DNA of 64,000 nucleotides from Planctomycetota bacterium (GTDB lineage Bacteria; Planctomycetota; MHYJ01; JACPRB01), in contig JACPRC010000068.1 of assembly GCA_016190175.1 (NCBI GenBank), positions 9,844 to 73,843 on the forward strand. Reading direction: 5' to 3'. Every line of letters begins with the position of its first letter. The first letter of the stretch is position 1. This document shows positions 15,858 through 25,445 of the stretch, in pieces. The notes under the pieces were generated by a model. It was not told where the DNA came from and ran no database searches. It saw only the letters and a list, made by a program, of their open reading frames with translations. The position numbers and the translations under genes are program-made.

Positions 15858-17875
15858 TGCACTTTCAGAGATTCGTCAAGAGCTCCACCAAGGGCATCTT
15901 CATCTTCATCATCGCCGTCATGACGGTGAGCCTCGTCGTCTCCTTCTCCAGCTTCGGCGGAATCACCGGCGACAAGGAGAAGGGGGACGCCGGCGTCATC
16001 TTCGGGAACATCAAGATCGACAAGACGACCTTCCGCGACCACCAGCGGCGCGCCGTGGGTCACGACCGCTACGCGTCCGCCAAGCAGATGATGGACATGC
16101 CGTTCCTCGCGCAGTACCCCCAGTACCGGGACCAGATGTTCGCCAACATCGCGCAGAAGCGCATGGAGACCGCGCAGGAGATCAAGAAGACCTGGGAGAC
16201 GATCGTCCTCCTCCAGGACGCCAAGGACAAGGGCATCGCCGTCAGCGACGAGGAGGCCGAGAAGGCGAAGACCGATTTCCTCAAGATCTTCGAGGGCAAC
16301 AAGGAGTCCGAGGTGGATGCCGAGGCGGCCGCCATCGAGTTCCTGGCGATCCGGAAGGACGCGATCGAGACCTTCTTCCGCGAAGCGGTGATGATGCAGA
16401 AGCTGCTCGATCTCGTCGAGCAGTCCGAATTCTGCAGCTACGCCGACATCTACGACGAGATGCTGGCCCAGCAGAAGTACGCCCGCGTCCTGTACGTCGA
16501 GTTCGATCCCAAGGACTTCGTCCGCGACCTCAGCCCGATCGGGTCGGGGGCGATCCTGAAGTATTACGAGCAGCACAAGGAACTCCTGTTCAAGGTCCCC
16601 CTGCGCATCCAGGTGCTGTATCTTCTGGCGGACCTCGAGCTCTTCCACAAGTACTACTGCCCCAAGCACCTGAACCAGCGCTCCGCCGGCCCCGGCAAGT
16701 GCCCGGACCGCTCCGGAGGCGTGACCGAGTGCGGGACGGAATTCGTGCGCCCGGTTCTCCCGGCCCCGGACGACAAGGAGATCGAGAAGTACTGGAATGA
16801 GAACCGCACGACGTTCGTGAAGCCGAGAGTCGACGATCGCGGGCCCGACGATCCCATGCACCCCGAGCGGAAGAAGGAACCCAAGCCGCCCGAGTACAAG
16901 ACGCTCCAGGAGGCGCGCGAGGACGTCATCAAGAGGATCCAGGAGCGGAAGGCCATCGACCGGGCCCTGGCCGTCATGATGAAGGCGGAGGACAGGATCC
17001 TCGCGTCCCCCAAACCCGTTCCCGAAACGGTCTTCGAGGAGATCAAGAGGGAAGCCGAAGGGCAGGGGACGCCCCTCATCCTCGACGTCACGTCCCCGTT
17101 CGACGAGAAGTCGATCGACGAGATCGAGAAGCTGGTGGGCAAGAACTCCAAGCTCCCCAAGTGGGGATTCCACGACAGCCACAAGGAGGGCGACGTCTCG
17201 CCCCGATACAAGACCGACAAGGGGTTCGTCTACTATCGGCTCCAGGTCCGCAAGGAGCCGTACGTCCCGGGCCTCAACGATTCGATCCGGGAGCGCATCG
17301 TGAAGACGAAGCAGCGGGAACAGGCGATCGCGCGGGCGAAGCAGGCGGCCGTGGATCTGTCCGCCGAGGTCAACCTCCGCGGGCTGGCCGCCGCGCGCGT
17401 GAAGTACCGCTGCTCGAAGCATCCGAGCCAGACCTCCGGCTCGCCGGGGAAGTGCGCCCTCTGCTCCGCGGACCTGGAGCGGCTGGCCGTCGAGTTCAAG
17501 GAGTCGAAGGAGTTCAAGCTCGACGGGCGCGACCCGTCCGGCGTCGCCGAGGACTCGAAGCTCGCCGCCGAGCTCAACAAGAACGCGAAGCCCGACGGGA
17601 AGCCCCTCCCCATCGGACAGGCCCGCGTCTTCGAGGGTTCCCAGATGACCGGCAGCCCGAAGCAGAAGTGGTCGTTCATCGTCGTGATGGACGACATCAT
17701 CGAGAAGGTCCCCGAGAACGCCGATGCCGATTTCGCGCAGCGACGCTCCGGCGCCATCGAACGGGCGCGCGGGGAGCGCCGCAGGCTGTACGTGAACGAG
17801 ACCGTGGCCCGGGCCGATCCGAAGAACTTCATGGAAGGCGCGGGGGGAGAGCCGCCGCCTTCGCCGGAGAACTAG
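15857..17875 (+). CDS. membrane-anchored PpiD/SurA-N-like periplasmic chaperone candidate with two Cys-rich inserts
   Basis: N-terminal TM segment (GIFIFIIAVMTVSLVV) and a long helical ectodomain. Two motifs, YYCPKHLNQRSAGPGKCP... and YRCSKHPSQTSGSPGKCALCSADLE, resemble the YxCPMHP..PGKCPxCGM heavy-metal-binding ribbon. Confidence 0.6.
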   Translation: MHFQRFVKSSTKGIFIFIIAVMTVSLVVSFSSFGGITGDKEKGDAGVIFGNIKIDKTTFRDHQRRAVGHDRYASAKQMMDMPFLAQYPQYRDQMFANIAQKRMETAQEIKKTWETIVLLQDAKDKGIAVSDEEAEKAKTDFLKIFEGNKESEVDAEAAAIEFLAIRKDAIETFFREAVMMQKLLDLVEQSEFCSYADIYDEMLAQQKYARVLYVEFDPKDFVRDLSPIGSGAILKYYEQHKELLFKVPLRIQVLYLLADLELFHKYYCPKHLNQRSAGPGKCPDRSGGVTECGTEFVRPVLPAPDDKEIEKYWNENRTTFVKPRVDDRGPDDPMHPERKKEPKPPEYKTLQEAREDVIKRIQERKAIDRALAVMMKAEDRILASPKPVPETVFEEIKREAEGQGTPLILDVTSPFDEKSIDEIEKLVGKNSKLPKWGFHDSHKEGDVSPRYKTDKGFVYYRLQVRKEPYVPGLNDSIRERIVKTKQREQAIARAKQAAVDLSAEVNLRGLAAARVKYRCSKHPSQTSGSPGKCALCSADLERLAVEFKESKEFKLDGRDPSGVAEDSKLAAELNKNAKPDGKPLPIGQARVFEGSQMTGSPKQKWSFIVVMDDIIEKVPENADADFAQRRSGAIERARGERRRLYVNETVARADPKNFMEGAGGEPPPSPEN

Positions 17876-17882
17876 CCGCACC

Positions 17883-17903
17883 AAAAGTGGACAGTCCACT
17901 TTT
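17883..17903. promoter_or_regulatory. perfect 21-bp palindrome AAAAGTGGAC-A-GTCCACTTTT
   Basis: Read directly from the sequence. It lies 8 nt after the stop at 17875 and about 115 nt upstream of the next gene. Confidence 0.6.
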
Positions 17904-18016
17904 AGTGCGGGGCCGCGGGATCGGGAGAGGAGGGAGAGGGGAATGGCGCTCGACACGTCTTAGCCGCCGCACGCCGGCGTGGTGACCGATTTCGAATTCT
18001 TGAGAGGGGGAATATC

Positions 18017-19096
18017 ATGCGAACACTGCTGGCGCTCGCCATCGCGGGCTCCGTGTGCGCCGCCCAGGAGTCGTCCAAGGGCGGACAGGAGAAGACCTCG
18101 TTCGAGAAGCTCACCTTCCCGTTCGAGGGCGAGGTCACGGCGACGAACCTCTACGTGCGCCTGGCGCCCAAGTCGGATCCCACGAGCCCGCCGGCGACCG
18201 TGCTCCGGCAGGGCGCGCGCGTCACGGTCGTCGGGGAGAAGGACGACTTCTTCCAGATCCTCCCGCCGCAGGGCTGCTTCGTCTGGATCTACTCCAAGAG
18301 CGTGAAGCGCGACGGAGACTCGGGGATCGTCACCTCCAACGAGACGCCGGTCCGGACCGACAGCCGTGTCGGCGCGGACAAGCTCGCGGTCCTCAACGAG
18401 GGCGCGAAGGTGAAGATCCTCGGCGAGCACATGGGCTGGTACAAGATCGAGGCCCCCGAGGCCGTGAAGTACTTCGTCGGCAGGAAGTACGTCAAGAAGG
18501 TCGGCGATGCGAAGACGAAGGACAGGGCCCCGAAGCCCGAGGAGGACGCCGCCGCGCTGGCGAAGATCCGTGAGGCGGAGACGCTCATCGCCGAGGTGAA
18601 CAAGTTCCTCGAAGCGGGAGAGCTCGAGAAGGTGGATTTCGACGGGATCGTGGCGCTTTTCGATGAGGCGGCGGCCCTGGCGAAGTCCGAGAGCGTGAAG
18701 AAGGAGGCCGAGACCGGCGCGAGGAACTACCGCGGACTCCAGACCATCTGGAACATGTACAAGGCGCAGCGCGAGGACATCAAGAGGACGAAAGAACGGA
18801 TCCGGGAGGAGCAGGAGCGGATGCGCAAGCCCGCCGAGAAGAAGTTCGCCTTCGCGGGCTACGTGGACTGCACGAGCTGGTCGATGCCCGACCGGCCGGG
18901 GACGCACCGCCTGATGGTGGGCGAGAAGACCGTGTGCTTCCTGAAGTTCAAGGACGGCGACACGGCGATGCTGAAGAAGCTCAACGACAACTACAAGCGG
19001 TACGTCGGCGTCAACGGCACGGTGATCAAGGACCCGAAGGGCTGGGAAGGCTACTCCGTTGTGGTCGTCGAGGAGATCTGTCCGATAACGAAGTAG
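18017..19096 (+). CDS. secreted protein with bacterial SH3-like domains
   Basis: Signal peptide MRTLLALAIAGSVCAAQE. Two segments of the form NLYVRLAPKSD...GARVTVVGEKDDFFQI and PVRTDSRVGADKLAVLNEGAKVKILGEHMGWYKI are typical of SH3b. The C-terminal half is coiled-coil. Confidence 0.7.
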   Translation: MRTLLALAIAGSVCAAQESSKGGQEKTSFEKLTFPFEGEVTATNLYVRLAPKSDPTSPPATVLRQGARVTVVGEKDDFFQILPPQGCFVWIYSKSVKRDGDSGIVTSNETPVRTDSRVGADKLAVLNEGAKVKILGEHMGWYKIEAPEAVKYFVGRKYVKKVGDAKTKDRAPKPEEDAAALAKIREAETLIAEVNKFLEAGELEKVDFDGIVALFDEAAALAKSESVKKEAETGARNYRGLQTIWNMYKAQREDIKRTKERIREEQERMRKPAEKKFAFAGYVDCTSWSMPDRPGTHRLMVGEKTVCFLKFKDGDTAMLKKLNDNYKRYVGVNGTVIKDPKGWEGYSVVVVEEICPITK

Positions 19097-19256
19097 GATG
19101 AGATAGGGGGAGACCTCTTCCGGGGGAACTCGCCTCCCAATCTCCGGTCGCGGTTTTCGCGAACGCATGCAGCGCCGGCGGTCGAAAGGCGGCCGGCGCT
19201 GTTTCATTTCCGCCAACGAACGCGTCCCGTTTCCGTCACGATGGACGGAGGACGTC

Positions 19257-19844
19257 GTGACCGCCGCCGTGCTGCTGCTCGCGCTGGTCCAGGATGCCGA
19301 CATCGAGCGCCTGATCGACCGGCTCGACGCCGACGACATCGACGTGCGGGAGCGGGCGCAGGAGGAGTTGATCCGCATCGGTCGCGCGGCGCTGCCGGCG
19401 ATCGAGGAAGCGGCGAAGCGGCGAGACGAGATCGGCAGGCGCGCGGCGGAGGCGATCCGCGAGATCCCTTGGAGGGAGCGAGCAGCCGGACTCAGGCCGC
19501 GGTTGAGCGCAGGCTTTCTCGCCGAGTGTCCCGACGCGGCGCGGATCGCGACGTCCGATTCCGAGGGGGGTTGGCTCCATCTGCTTCGGGGAATCTCGGG
19601 GCGCCGCGATCCCGTCTGGGACGGCCGATGGTGGAACTGGAACTCGGCGGAACGGCGATTCCGCCGGTGCACGCGCCGAGACCTCTTCGCTCTCGCAATC
19701 GAGTACGGCCGTTCACCATGGAGAAGCGAACCGGTCGAGGCGATGATCTTCCACGTCTTCGAGGAGGCCGGTCTTTCCCTGCCCCGCGAGGTCAGGCCGT
19801 TGCGAGAAAACCTCAAACCGACGAAGCGATCGCGGGTCGGCTGA
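19257..19844 (+). CDS. hypothetical exported protein
   Basis: GTG at 19257 with a GGAGG RBS. Hydrophobic N-terminus VTAAVLLLALV followed by HEAT-like DIDVRERAQEELIRIGRAALPAIEEA. Confidence 0.55.
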   Translation: MTAAVLLLALVQDADIERLIDRLDADDIDVRERAQEELIRIGRAALPAIEEAAKRRDEIGRRAAEAIREIPWRERAAGLRPRLSAGFLAECPDAARIATSDSEGGWLHLLRGISGRRDPVWDGRWWNWNSAERRFRRCTRRDLFALAIEYGRSPWRSEPVEAMIFHVFEEAGLSLPREVRPLRENLKPTKRSRVG

Positions 19845-21005
19845 GTGCCGTTCCGCATGGAGGGACGTCGTTCCCCGATCGAGCGCCTCGCTACCGCGGA
19901 CGACGATTGGGGCTTGATCGCGCAGCAGGCCGTCGGCAACGCCCCGCGCGCGGTCGTCCCCGCCCTCCGCGAGCTGGCGGGCCATCCCGACGACAAGGTC
20001 CGCGCGGAGGCGGTCCGCCGTCTGGTATGGTGCCGGGAGGGACGCGACCTGGAGTCGTACCTGTCGGACGCGTGCCCCGATGTCCGCATCGCCGCCGCCT
20101 TCGGCATCGGGCGGTTGGAGTTGGAGGCCTTGGAGCCGCACCTGCGGCGCTCCGCGACCGATCCCGATCCGCACGTCCGCAGGGTAGCCTACAGCAGTCT
20201 GCTCGACCTCGGCCTGTCCGACTCGAATCCGGCCTTCCGCGCGGGACTTGGCGACGCGGATTGGAGCATCCGCTGGACGTCGGTCAAAGGGCTCGCGCGG
20301 AACGGTGCCCCGGGATCGATCGAGAGACTGGTGGCGCTCCTCCGGGACAGGGATACCGATACGCGGCGCCGCAGCCTCAACCTCCTGGCCGAAGCCCGTG
20401 CGCCGGGCGCGGCCCCGCACATTCGCCGACTCCTGGACGATCCAAGTTGCCGTACGGAGGCCGCCCTTGCCCTCGGGGAGACGGGGGACCGGTCCTCCGT
20501 GCCGCACCTGCTGGCCCTGGCGGACGAGATCGCTCCGTCGCTACACTGGTCTCCCGCGATCACGCTCCTGGCGCGCATGGGCGCCGAAGAGATCCTGGAT
20601 TGGGCGCCGCTTTTCGTGAATACGCTGGGGGACATGCCGCGCGGCTTCCTCTGGGCGCTCAACCGATACGCCTGCCCGGAGGGCTGGGCCTCGGTCCAGC
20701 GCGCGCGTCTGGGCCGGCGCAAGTACGAGGGGACTATCGCCGGGATGCTCGACCAGTGGGAGCGAGAGACGGGGATCAAGTTCTCGCGCGCCGTGGACGC
20801 CCATCGGCTTCAGGATCGCACCCGGATACGGTTCCGCTCCACGTCCGTGCCGATCAACGAGGCGATCGAAGAACTGGAGGGCCGAGGCTTCCTCATCATC
20901 ATCCGATCCGCCTCCGAGATCCTCGTCACGGGATGGCATGACGCGCACGCCCACTGGCGGGAGTGGTTGCGGCCTTTCGCGGAGCGTTCGACGCTCGACA
21001 GGTAG
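19845..21005 (+). CDS. HEAT-repeat protein
   Basis: Repeated D..VR..A...L units: DDKVRAEAVRRL, CPDVRIAAAFGIG, DPHVRRVAYSSL, DWSIRWTSVKGL, DTDTRRRSLNLL. Confidence 0.7.
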   Translation: MPFRMEGRRSPIERLATADDDWGLIAQQAVGNAPRAVVPALRELAGHPDDKVRAEAVRRLVWCREGRDLESYLSDACPDVRIAAAFGIGRLELEALEPHLRRSATDPDPHVRRVAYSSLLDLGLSDSNPAFRAGLGDADWSIRWTSVKGLARNGAPGSIERLVALLRDRDTDTRRRSLNLLAEARAPGAAPHIRRLLDDPSCRTEAALALGETGDRSSVPHLLALADEIAPSLHWSPAITLLARMGAEEILDWAPLFVNTLGDMPRGFLWALNRYACPEGWASVQRARLGRRKYEGTIAGMLDQWERETGIKFSRAVDAHRLQDRTRIRFRSTSVPINEAIEELEGRGFLIIIRSASEILVTGWHDAHAHWREWLRPFAERSTLDR

Positions 21006-21039
21006 CTCGCGCCCGCCACGTCTTGATCTCGGGAGCACC

Positions 21040-22080
21040 ATGAACCCTCTCGGCCGCGCGCACGTCCTCTTCCTCGCCTGTCTCGCCGCGTGCCGTTCGA
21101 CGACACGGAGCGAGCCGTATCCCCTGGAGCTTCCGTCCTCAACGTGGTCCTTCCCCGCCGCACGCACCTGGATGAGGCTGCAGGAACCGGCGAGAGCCTC
21201 GTGGGACAACGTCTCGCCGGAGCGCGCTCTTCGCGAGCTGTGCGCGAGGATAGGCGTGGCGCTATTCATGAGCGAAGTCACTGCCGATGAGAACCTGCGC
21301 GAAACATGCTCCCCAAGTCTCCGCTGTTCGACCTGGTGGGACGCGCTTTGCTCCCTCTTGCCGGAAGACCTGGATTTCGAGATCGCGAGCGACGGCTCGG
21401 TGCGCGTCGCGCCCGCGGCCAGGCTCGGCGACAGAGGGCTGCGGGCCGTTTCGCGACGTGTCACGAACCTCCGGACCGTCGAGGCGGCGCTCGCGGAGGG
21501 ATGGAACGGCATCGACTTCGACACGGAGCCGCTTGACGCCGCCATCCACCGAGCTCTTGCCCGCGACACGCCCTGCTTCGCCTTCCAAGACGTCGATTGG
21601 ATTCTTGCCGTGGACGAATTGCGCGAAGCGACGGGGCTCAACTTCGTCGCGAACAGTTGCCTCTTTCATCTCGAAGCTCCGACCGTCAAGGTCGAAGGGT
21701 CCTTGCGGCAGGTGCTGGACGAACTGTGCGGTCTCATCCGGGCCGGATGGTACGTCGAGGGCGGCGTGATCGTGATCGAGCGTGGAGAGACGGCGCGGCG
21801 CCGGCTCCGTGCGCAAGCGGTGCGACGGTTTCGCCACGAGACGGCTCTCGAGAAACTCCGCTTGCCTCTCGACGCGTCCGGCGCTCTTTCCGTTCCGCAG
21901 TTCGCGCGTGCCATCCTGCGATCCGCGGGCCTGCGCGTGGCCGCGCGGCGCGACGTCTGGAAGCAGGCGCGCTTCGACGCGCCCAAGGGAACCACGATCC
22001 TGGAAGCGCTCCGGATGTTGAGCGCGCAGGCCAAATGCCGGTGGGCCGTTTTCGACGGCGAGATCTATCTTGTCCCCTGA
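21040..22080 (+). CDS. hypothetical lipoprotein
   Basis: MNPLGRAHVLFLACLAACRS is a lipobox-like signal. 346 aa with no recognised domain. Confidence 0.6.
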   Translation: MNPLGRAHVLFLACLAACRSTTRSEPYPLELPSSTWSFPAARTWMRLQEPARASWDNVSPERALRELCARIGVALFMSEVTADENLRETCSPSLRCSTWWDALCSLLPEDLDFEIASDGSVRVAPAARLGDRGLRAVSRRVTNLRTVEAALAEGWNGIDFDTEPLDAAIHRALARDTPCFAFQDVDWILAVDELREATGLNFVANSCLFHLEAPTVKVEGSLRQVLDELCGLIRAGWYVEGGVIVIERGETARRRLRAQAVRRFRHETALEKLRLPLDASGALSVPQFARAILRSAGLRVAARRDVWKQARFDAPKGTTILEALRMLSAQAKCRWAVFDGEIYLVP

Positions 22081-22102
22081 TGCCTTCCGGCTGACGGCCG
22101 CC

Positions 22103-23008
22103 TCACGCCTCCGCCGTCCGCGACCGCGGCTTCGGCGGCGCCAGGAGCGGCGTCGGCGTGCTCTCCGGCGCCTTCACGCCGTCGAGAAGCGGGTGCCCCC
22201 AGAACGCCTCGTACGCCGCCCGCTCGCCCTCCTGGATGATCTCCGCCGTCCTCTCGAACTGGAACATCCCGAAGTCGGAGACCTTGGGCACCACGAGCAC
22301 CAGCGGCGCCTCCTGGAAATGACGCAGGTTATGTTTCACCAGCGTCCGCGAGAGGATGGACTGCGACTGCGTGATCACGTCGGCGATCCCCTCGGGCGGG
22401 CGCGCCTTCCGCCGGTCCTTGTCGAAGGAATCGAGGTAGACGCCGATCACGAGATCCGCGCCCAGGTAGACCGCCACCTTGATCGGCAGCGTGTCCACGA
22501 CGCTCCCGTCCACGAAGTAGTACCGGTTGATCTTCTTCGGCGGGTAGATGCCGGGGATCGAGCACGACGCGACCACGCAGTCGTGGATCGGCACCTGCGT
22601 GAGTCCCGGCATGCCCCAGATGACCTCCTCGCCCCGCGTGAGGTTGACCGCCGTCATGTAGAGCGGCTTCGTCAGTTCCTCGAAGCGGTCCACGGGCAGC
22701 GTCCGGCGCACGAAGTCGTGCAGCGCGCGCCCGCGGTAGAGGCTCGACGCGTCGCCGCGCTTCCAGAGGAGGGAGACGAGGTTGCTGTCGAGGATGTCGG
22801 GCTTTCGGATCGTGACGGCGACGGACTCGATCTCCGCGGCGGAGAGCCCGCCCGCGGCCAGGGCGCAGATGAAGGCGCCGACGCTCGTGCCCACGTATTC
22901 GTCCGGTTCGATGTGCCACGCCTGCAGGGCCTTGAGGACCCCGATGTGGGCCAGGCCCTTCATCCCCCCGCCCCCCAGAACGAGCGTGACCTTCTTGCCG
23001 TTCAGCAT
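22103..23008 (-). CDS. patatin-like phospholipase
   Basis: LVLGGGGMKGLAHIGVL (oxyanion GGGxxG), GTSVGA (GxSxG nucleophile) and FVDGSVV (catalytic Asp). Confidence 0.9.
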   Translation of the reverse strand: MLNGKKVTLVLGGGGMKGLAHIGVLKALQAWHIEPDEYVGTSVGAFICALAAGGLSAAEIESVAVTIRKPDILDSNLVSLLWKRGDASSLYRGRALHDFVRRTLPVDRFEELTKPLYMTAVNLTRGEEVIWGMPGLTQVPIHDCVVASCSIPGIYPPKKINRYYFVDGSVVDTLPIKVAVYLGADLVIGVYLDSFDKDRRKARPPEGIADVITQSQSILSRTLVKHNLRHFQEAPLVLVVPKVSDFGMFQFERTAEIIQEGERAAYEAFWGHPLLDGVKAPESTPTPLLAPPKPRSRTAEA

Positions 23009-23049
23009 CGGCGGGACCCACCTTATTCTACGGCGGCCGCGACCCGCCC

Positions 23050-23874
23050 TCAAGGGCAAACCACGCGCAGCCCATGAGGTATGACGCGGAAGCATGCGGG
23101 AATGTTCCCGAGGACTTCCCCGTCCGCCTCCACCGCCACCTCCGCCGGCGAGGTCACCCGGACCTCGCGCCCGCGGAAGTGATGGATCTTCTGATGGTTC
23201 TTCGGCAGACCGCTCCTCAGGACTTTGGCCTGGGAGAGGATCTTCCACCGCCCGAACTCGTTGAGGATCGCGATGTCGAGGAGGCCGTCGTCCGGGCGCG
23301 CGTCGGGCATCGGCCTCATCCCGCTCCCGAAGTACTGCCCGTTCGCCACGATGAGGTTCGTCATCAGGTACTCGCCGACGCGCCGGCCGTCGATGTCGAG
23401 AGTGATCGGGCTCAGCCGGTGGCCCGCGAGCGCCGTCACGATCCCGAGCCGGTACGACATCCGCCGCCCCGTGACCTTGCGCAGCTTCGCCGCGTGGGCG
23501 ACGACGCGCGCGCCGAAGCCCACCTCCGCGATGTTGAGGTAGCGGCCGCGCCGGCCCGGCGCGCATTCGTACTCGACGACGTCCACCGGCCGCGCCGGCC
23601 CCGCGATGAGCCGGAGCGCCGACTCCGCGTCGCACGGGATCCCGAGCGTCTTCACGAAGTCGTTGCCGCTCCCGCACGGGACGATGGCGATCTCCGCCCC
23701 CGGCCGTGCGTTTGCGACCGCGTGGATCGTTCCGTCGCCGCCGACGACGACGATGCGCCCGGCCTCGGGCGGTTCGGTGAAGAGATCCCCGCGGACGATC
23801 GCCGCCGCGCGCTCGGCCCAGCCGTGCGCTTCGGGAATGGTGGGGTTGTAGAGGACGGCGATCCTAACAGCCAT
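23050..23874 (-). CDS. diacylglycerol/lipid kinase family protein (YegS/DagK-like)
   Basis: IVVVGGDGTIHAVANA and VPCGSGNDF motifs. Confidence 0.85.
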   Translation of the reverse strand: MAVRIAVLYNPTIPEAHGWAERAAAIVRGDLFTEPPEAGRIVVVGGDGTIHAVANARPGAEIAIVPCGSGNDFVKTLGIPCDAESALRLIAGPARPVDVVEYECAPGRRGRYLNIAEVGFGARVVAHAAKLRKVTGRRMSYRLGIVTALAGHRLSPITLDIDGRRVGEYLMTNLIVANGQYFGSGMRPMPDARPDDGLLDIAILNEFGRWKILSQAKVLRSGLPKNHQKIHHFRGREVRVTSPAEVAVEADGEVLGNIPACFRVIPHGLRVVCP

Positions 23875-23937
23875 CAGCCATCAGCTATCGGCTATCAGCC
23901 ACTGTCCTTTCCGGCTGACGGCTGATAGCTGATGGCT
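23875..23937. repeat. long imperfect hairpin built from CAGCC/TCAGC motifs (member of a dispersed intergenic family)
   Basis: cagccatcagctatcggctatcagcc ... ggctgacggctgatagctgatggctg gives arms of about 26 nt with a few mismatches. It sits between the glpD stop and the lipid kinase start. Confidence 0.8.
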
Positions 23938-23942
23938 GAGAG

Positions 23943-25445
23943 CTACTTCGGGTAGTCCTCGATCTCCCGCTCGAACCCCTCCACCTGTTCGGAGACGTTC
24001 CAGCCCGTGAGCGGCGCGAGCCGCCGCGCGACCTTCTCCGCGATGCCGCGTCCCTGCTCGCGATCGAAGAGGACCACGCGCATCCGCCGCGCCAGCACGT
24101 CCGCGAGCGTCGCGGCCATCTCGTGCGTCACGGCGTACTCGGGCTCCCCTTCGACGTACGACAGCCCGTCGATGAGCGGCGTACGGTCCGCGATCTTCGC
24201 CGCTTCGGAGCCGTAGTTCCTCACGAGCGCATCGTCGCTCCGCTCCGCGGCGAAAAGCGGGATCCTGTGGGTCCCGCACTTCCGCTTCACGCCGAGCTTC
24301 CGGCACACGCGGTCGGTGACCTGCTTCGCCATGAGCCGGTAGGTCGTGAGCTTGCCCCCGGTGATCGTGAGGATCCCGTCGTCCACGATCACGTGGTCCC
24401 GCGAGACCTTCGACGGGTTCTCCGCGTCCTCGTTCATGAGCGGCCGCAGGCCCGCGAACGTGCTCACGACGTCCGCGCGCGTCATCTTCGCCGCGGGCAG
24501 GTGGCGGTTCACGAGTCCGAGGAGGTACTCGACGTCCTTCGTTTCCGCGCGCGGGTGGTCGATGTCGCCCGAATAGTCCGTGTCGGTCGTCCCGACGATG
24601 ACACGCTCCCCCGCGGGAATGAGGAAGACGACGCGCCCGTCCTCGGGGGACTGGAGGATGGCGGCGGCCTCGAGGGGAAGGCGCTCGCGCGAGACGACGA
24701 GATGCACCCCCTTCGACGGCCGCACGAGACGGGGGGCGTCCTTGGTCCGCCGGCGCAGCACGTCGTCGCACCACACGCCCGTCGCGTTGACGATCACCTT
24801 CGCCCGCGCGGTCAGCTCGCGTCCGTCGGCGCGGATGCGCGCCGTGCGGTCGTCGTCGAAGCCGACGACCTCGGCGTAGTTCGCGACGCAGGCCCCGAAC
24901 TCGGCCGCCTTCTTCACGACGTGGATCACGAGCCGGCAGTCGTCGGCGCAGGCGTCGTAGTAGACGTAGGCCGCGCTCAGCTTCTCCTCGGCGAGCCCGG
25001 GAACGAGCCGCGCCGCCTCGGCGACGTCGATCTTCCTGTGGATCATCCCGCCCGGCAGGCCCGCCGCGAGGTCGTAGAGCCAGAGTCCCGTCGTCACCGC
25101 CGCGCGGCCCGCGAGGCCGGCCTTCACCGGGAAGACGAACGGCAGGTCCCGGATGAGATGCGGCGCGAGCCGCCGCAGACGGTTCTTCTCGCGCGAAGAC
25201 TCGAAGGTCACCTTGAACTGGAGCTGCTTGAGATAGCGCAGCCCGCCGTGGATCAGCTTCGAGGAGCGGCTCGACGTCCCGCTCGCGAAATCGCGCCGGT
25301 CGACGAGCGCCGTCCGCAGGCCGCGCGAGGCCGCGTCGAGGGCGATGCCCGCGCCGGTGATGCCGCCGCCGATGACGAGGAGATCGAAGGATTCCGTCGA
25401 GATCCGGCGGAGGTTCTCGAGACGATCCCGCGTCGCAAGACTCAT
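23943..25445 (-). CDS. glpD: FAD-dependent glycerol-3-phosphate dehydrogenase
   Basis: FDLLVIGGGITGAGIALDAASRGL...ASGTSSRSSKLIHGGLRYL is the typical GlpD N-terminus. Start at MSLATRD; ATGA overlap with the upstream gene. Confidence 0.9.
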   Translation of the reverse strand: MSLATRDRLENLRRISTESFDLLVIGGGITGAGIALDAASRGLRTALVDRRDFASGTSSRSSKLIHGGLRYLKQLQFKVTFESSREKNRLRRLAPHLIRDLPFVFPVKAGLAGRAAVTTGLWLYDLAAGLPGGMIHRKIDVAEAARLVPGLAEEKLSAAYVYYDACADDCRLVIHVVKKAAEFGACVANYAEVVGFDDDRTARIRADGRELTARAKVIVNATGVWCDDVLRRRTKDAPRLVRPSKGVHLVVSRERLPLEAAAILQSPEDGRVVFLIPAGERVIVGTTDTDYSGDIDHPRAETKDVEYLLGLVNRHLPAAKMTRADVVSTFAGLRPLMNEDAENPSKVSRDHVIVDDGILTITGGKLTTYRLMAKQVTDRVCRKLGVKRKCGTHRIPLFAAERSDDALVRNYGSEAAKIADRTPLIDGLSYVEGEPEYAVTHEMAATLADVLARRMRVVLFDREQGRGIAEKVARRLAPLTGWNVSEQVEGFEREIEDYPK

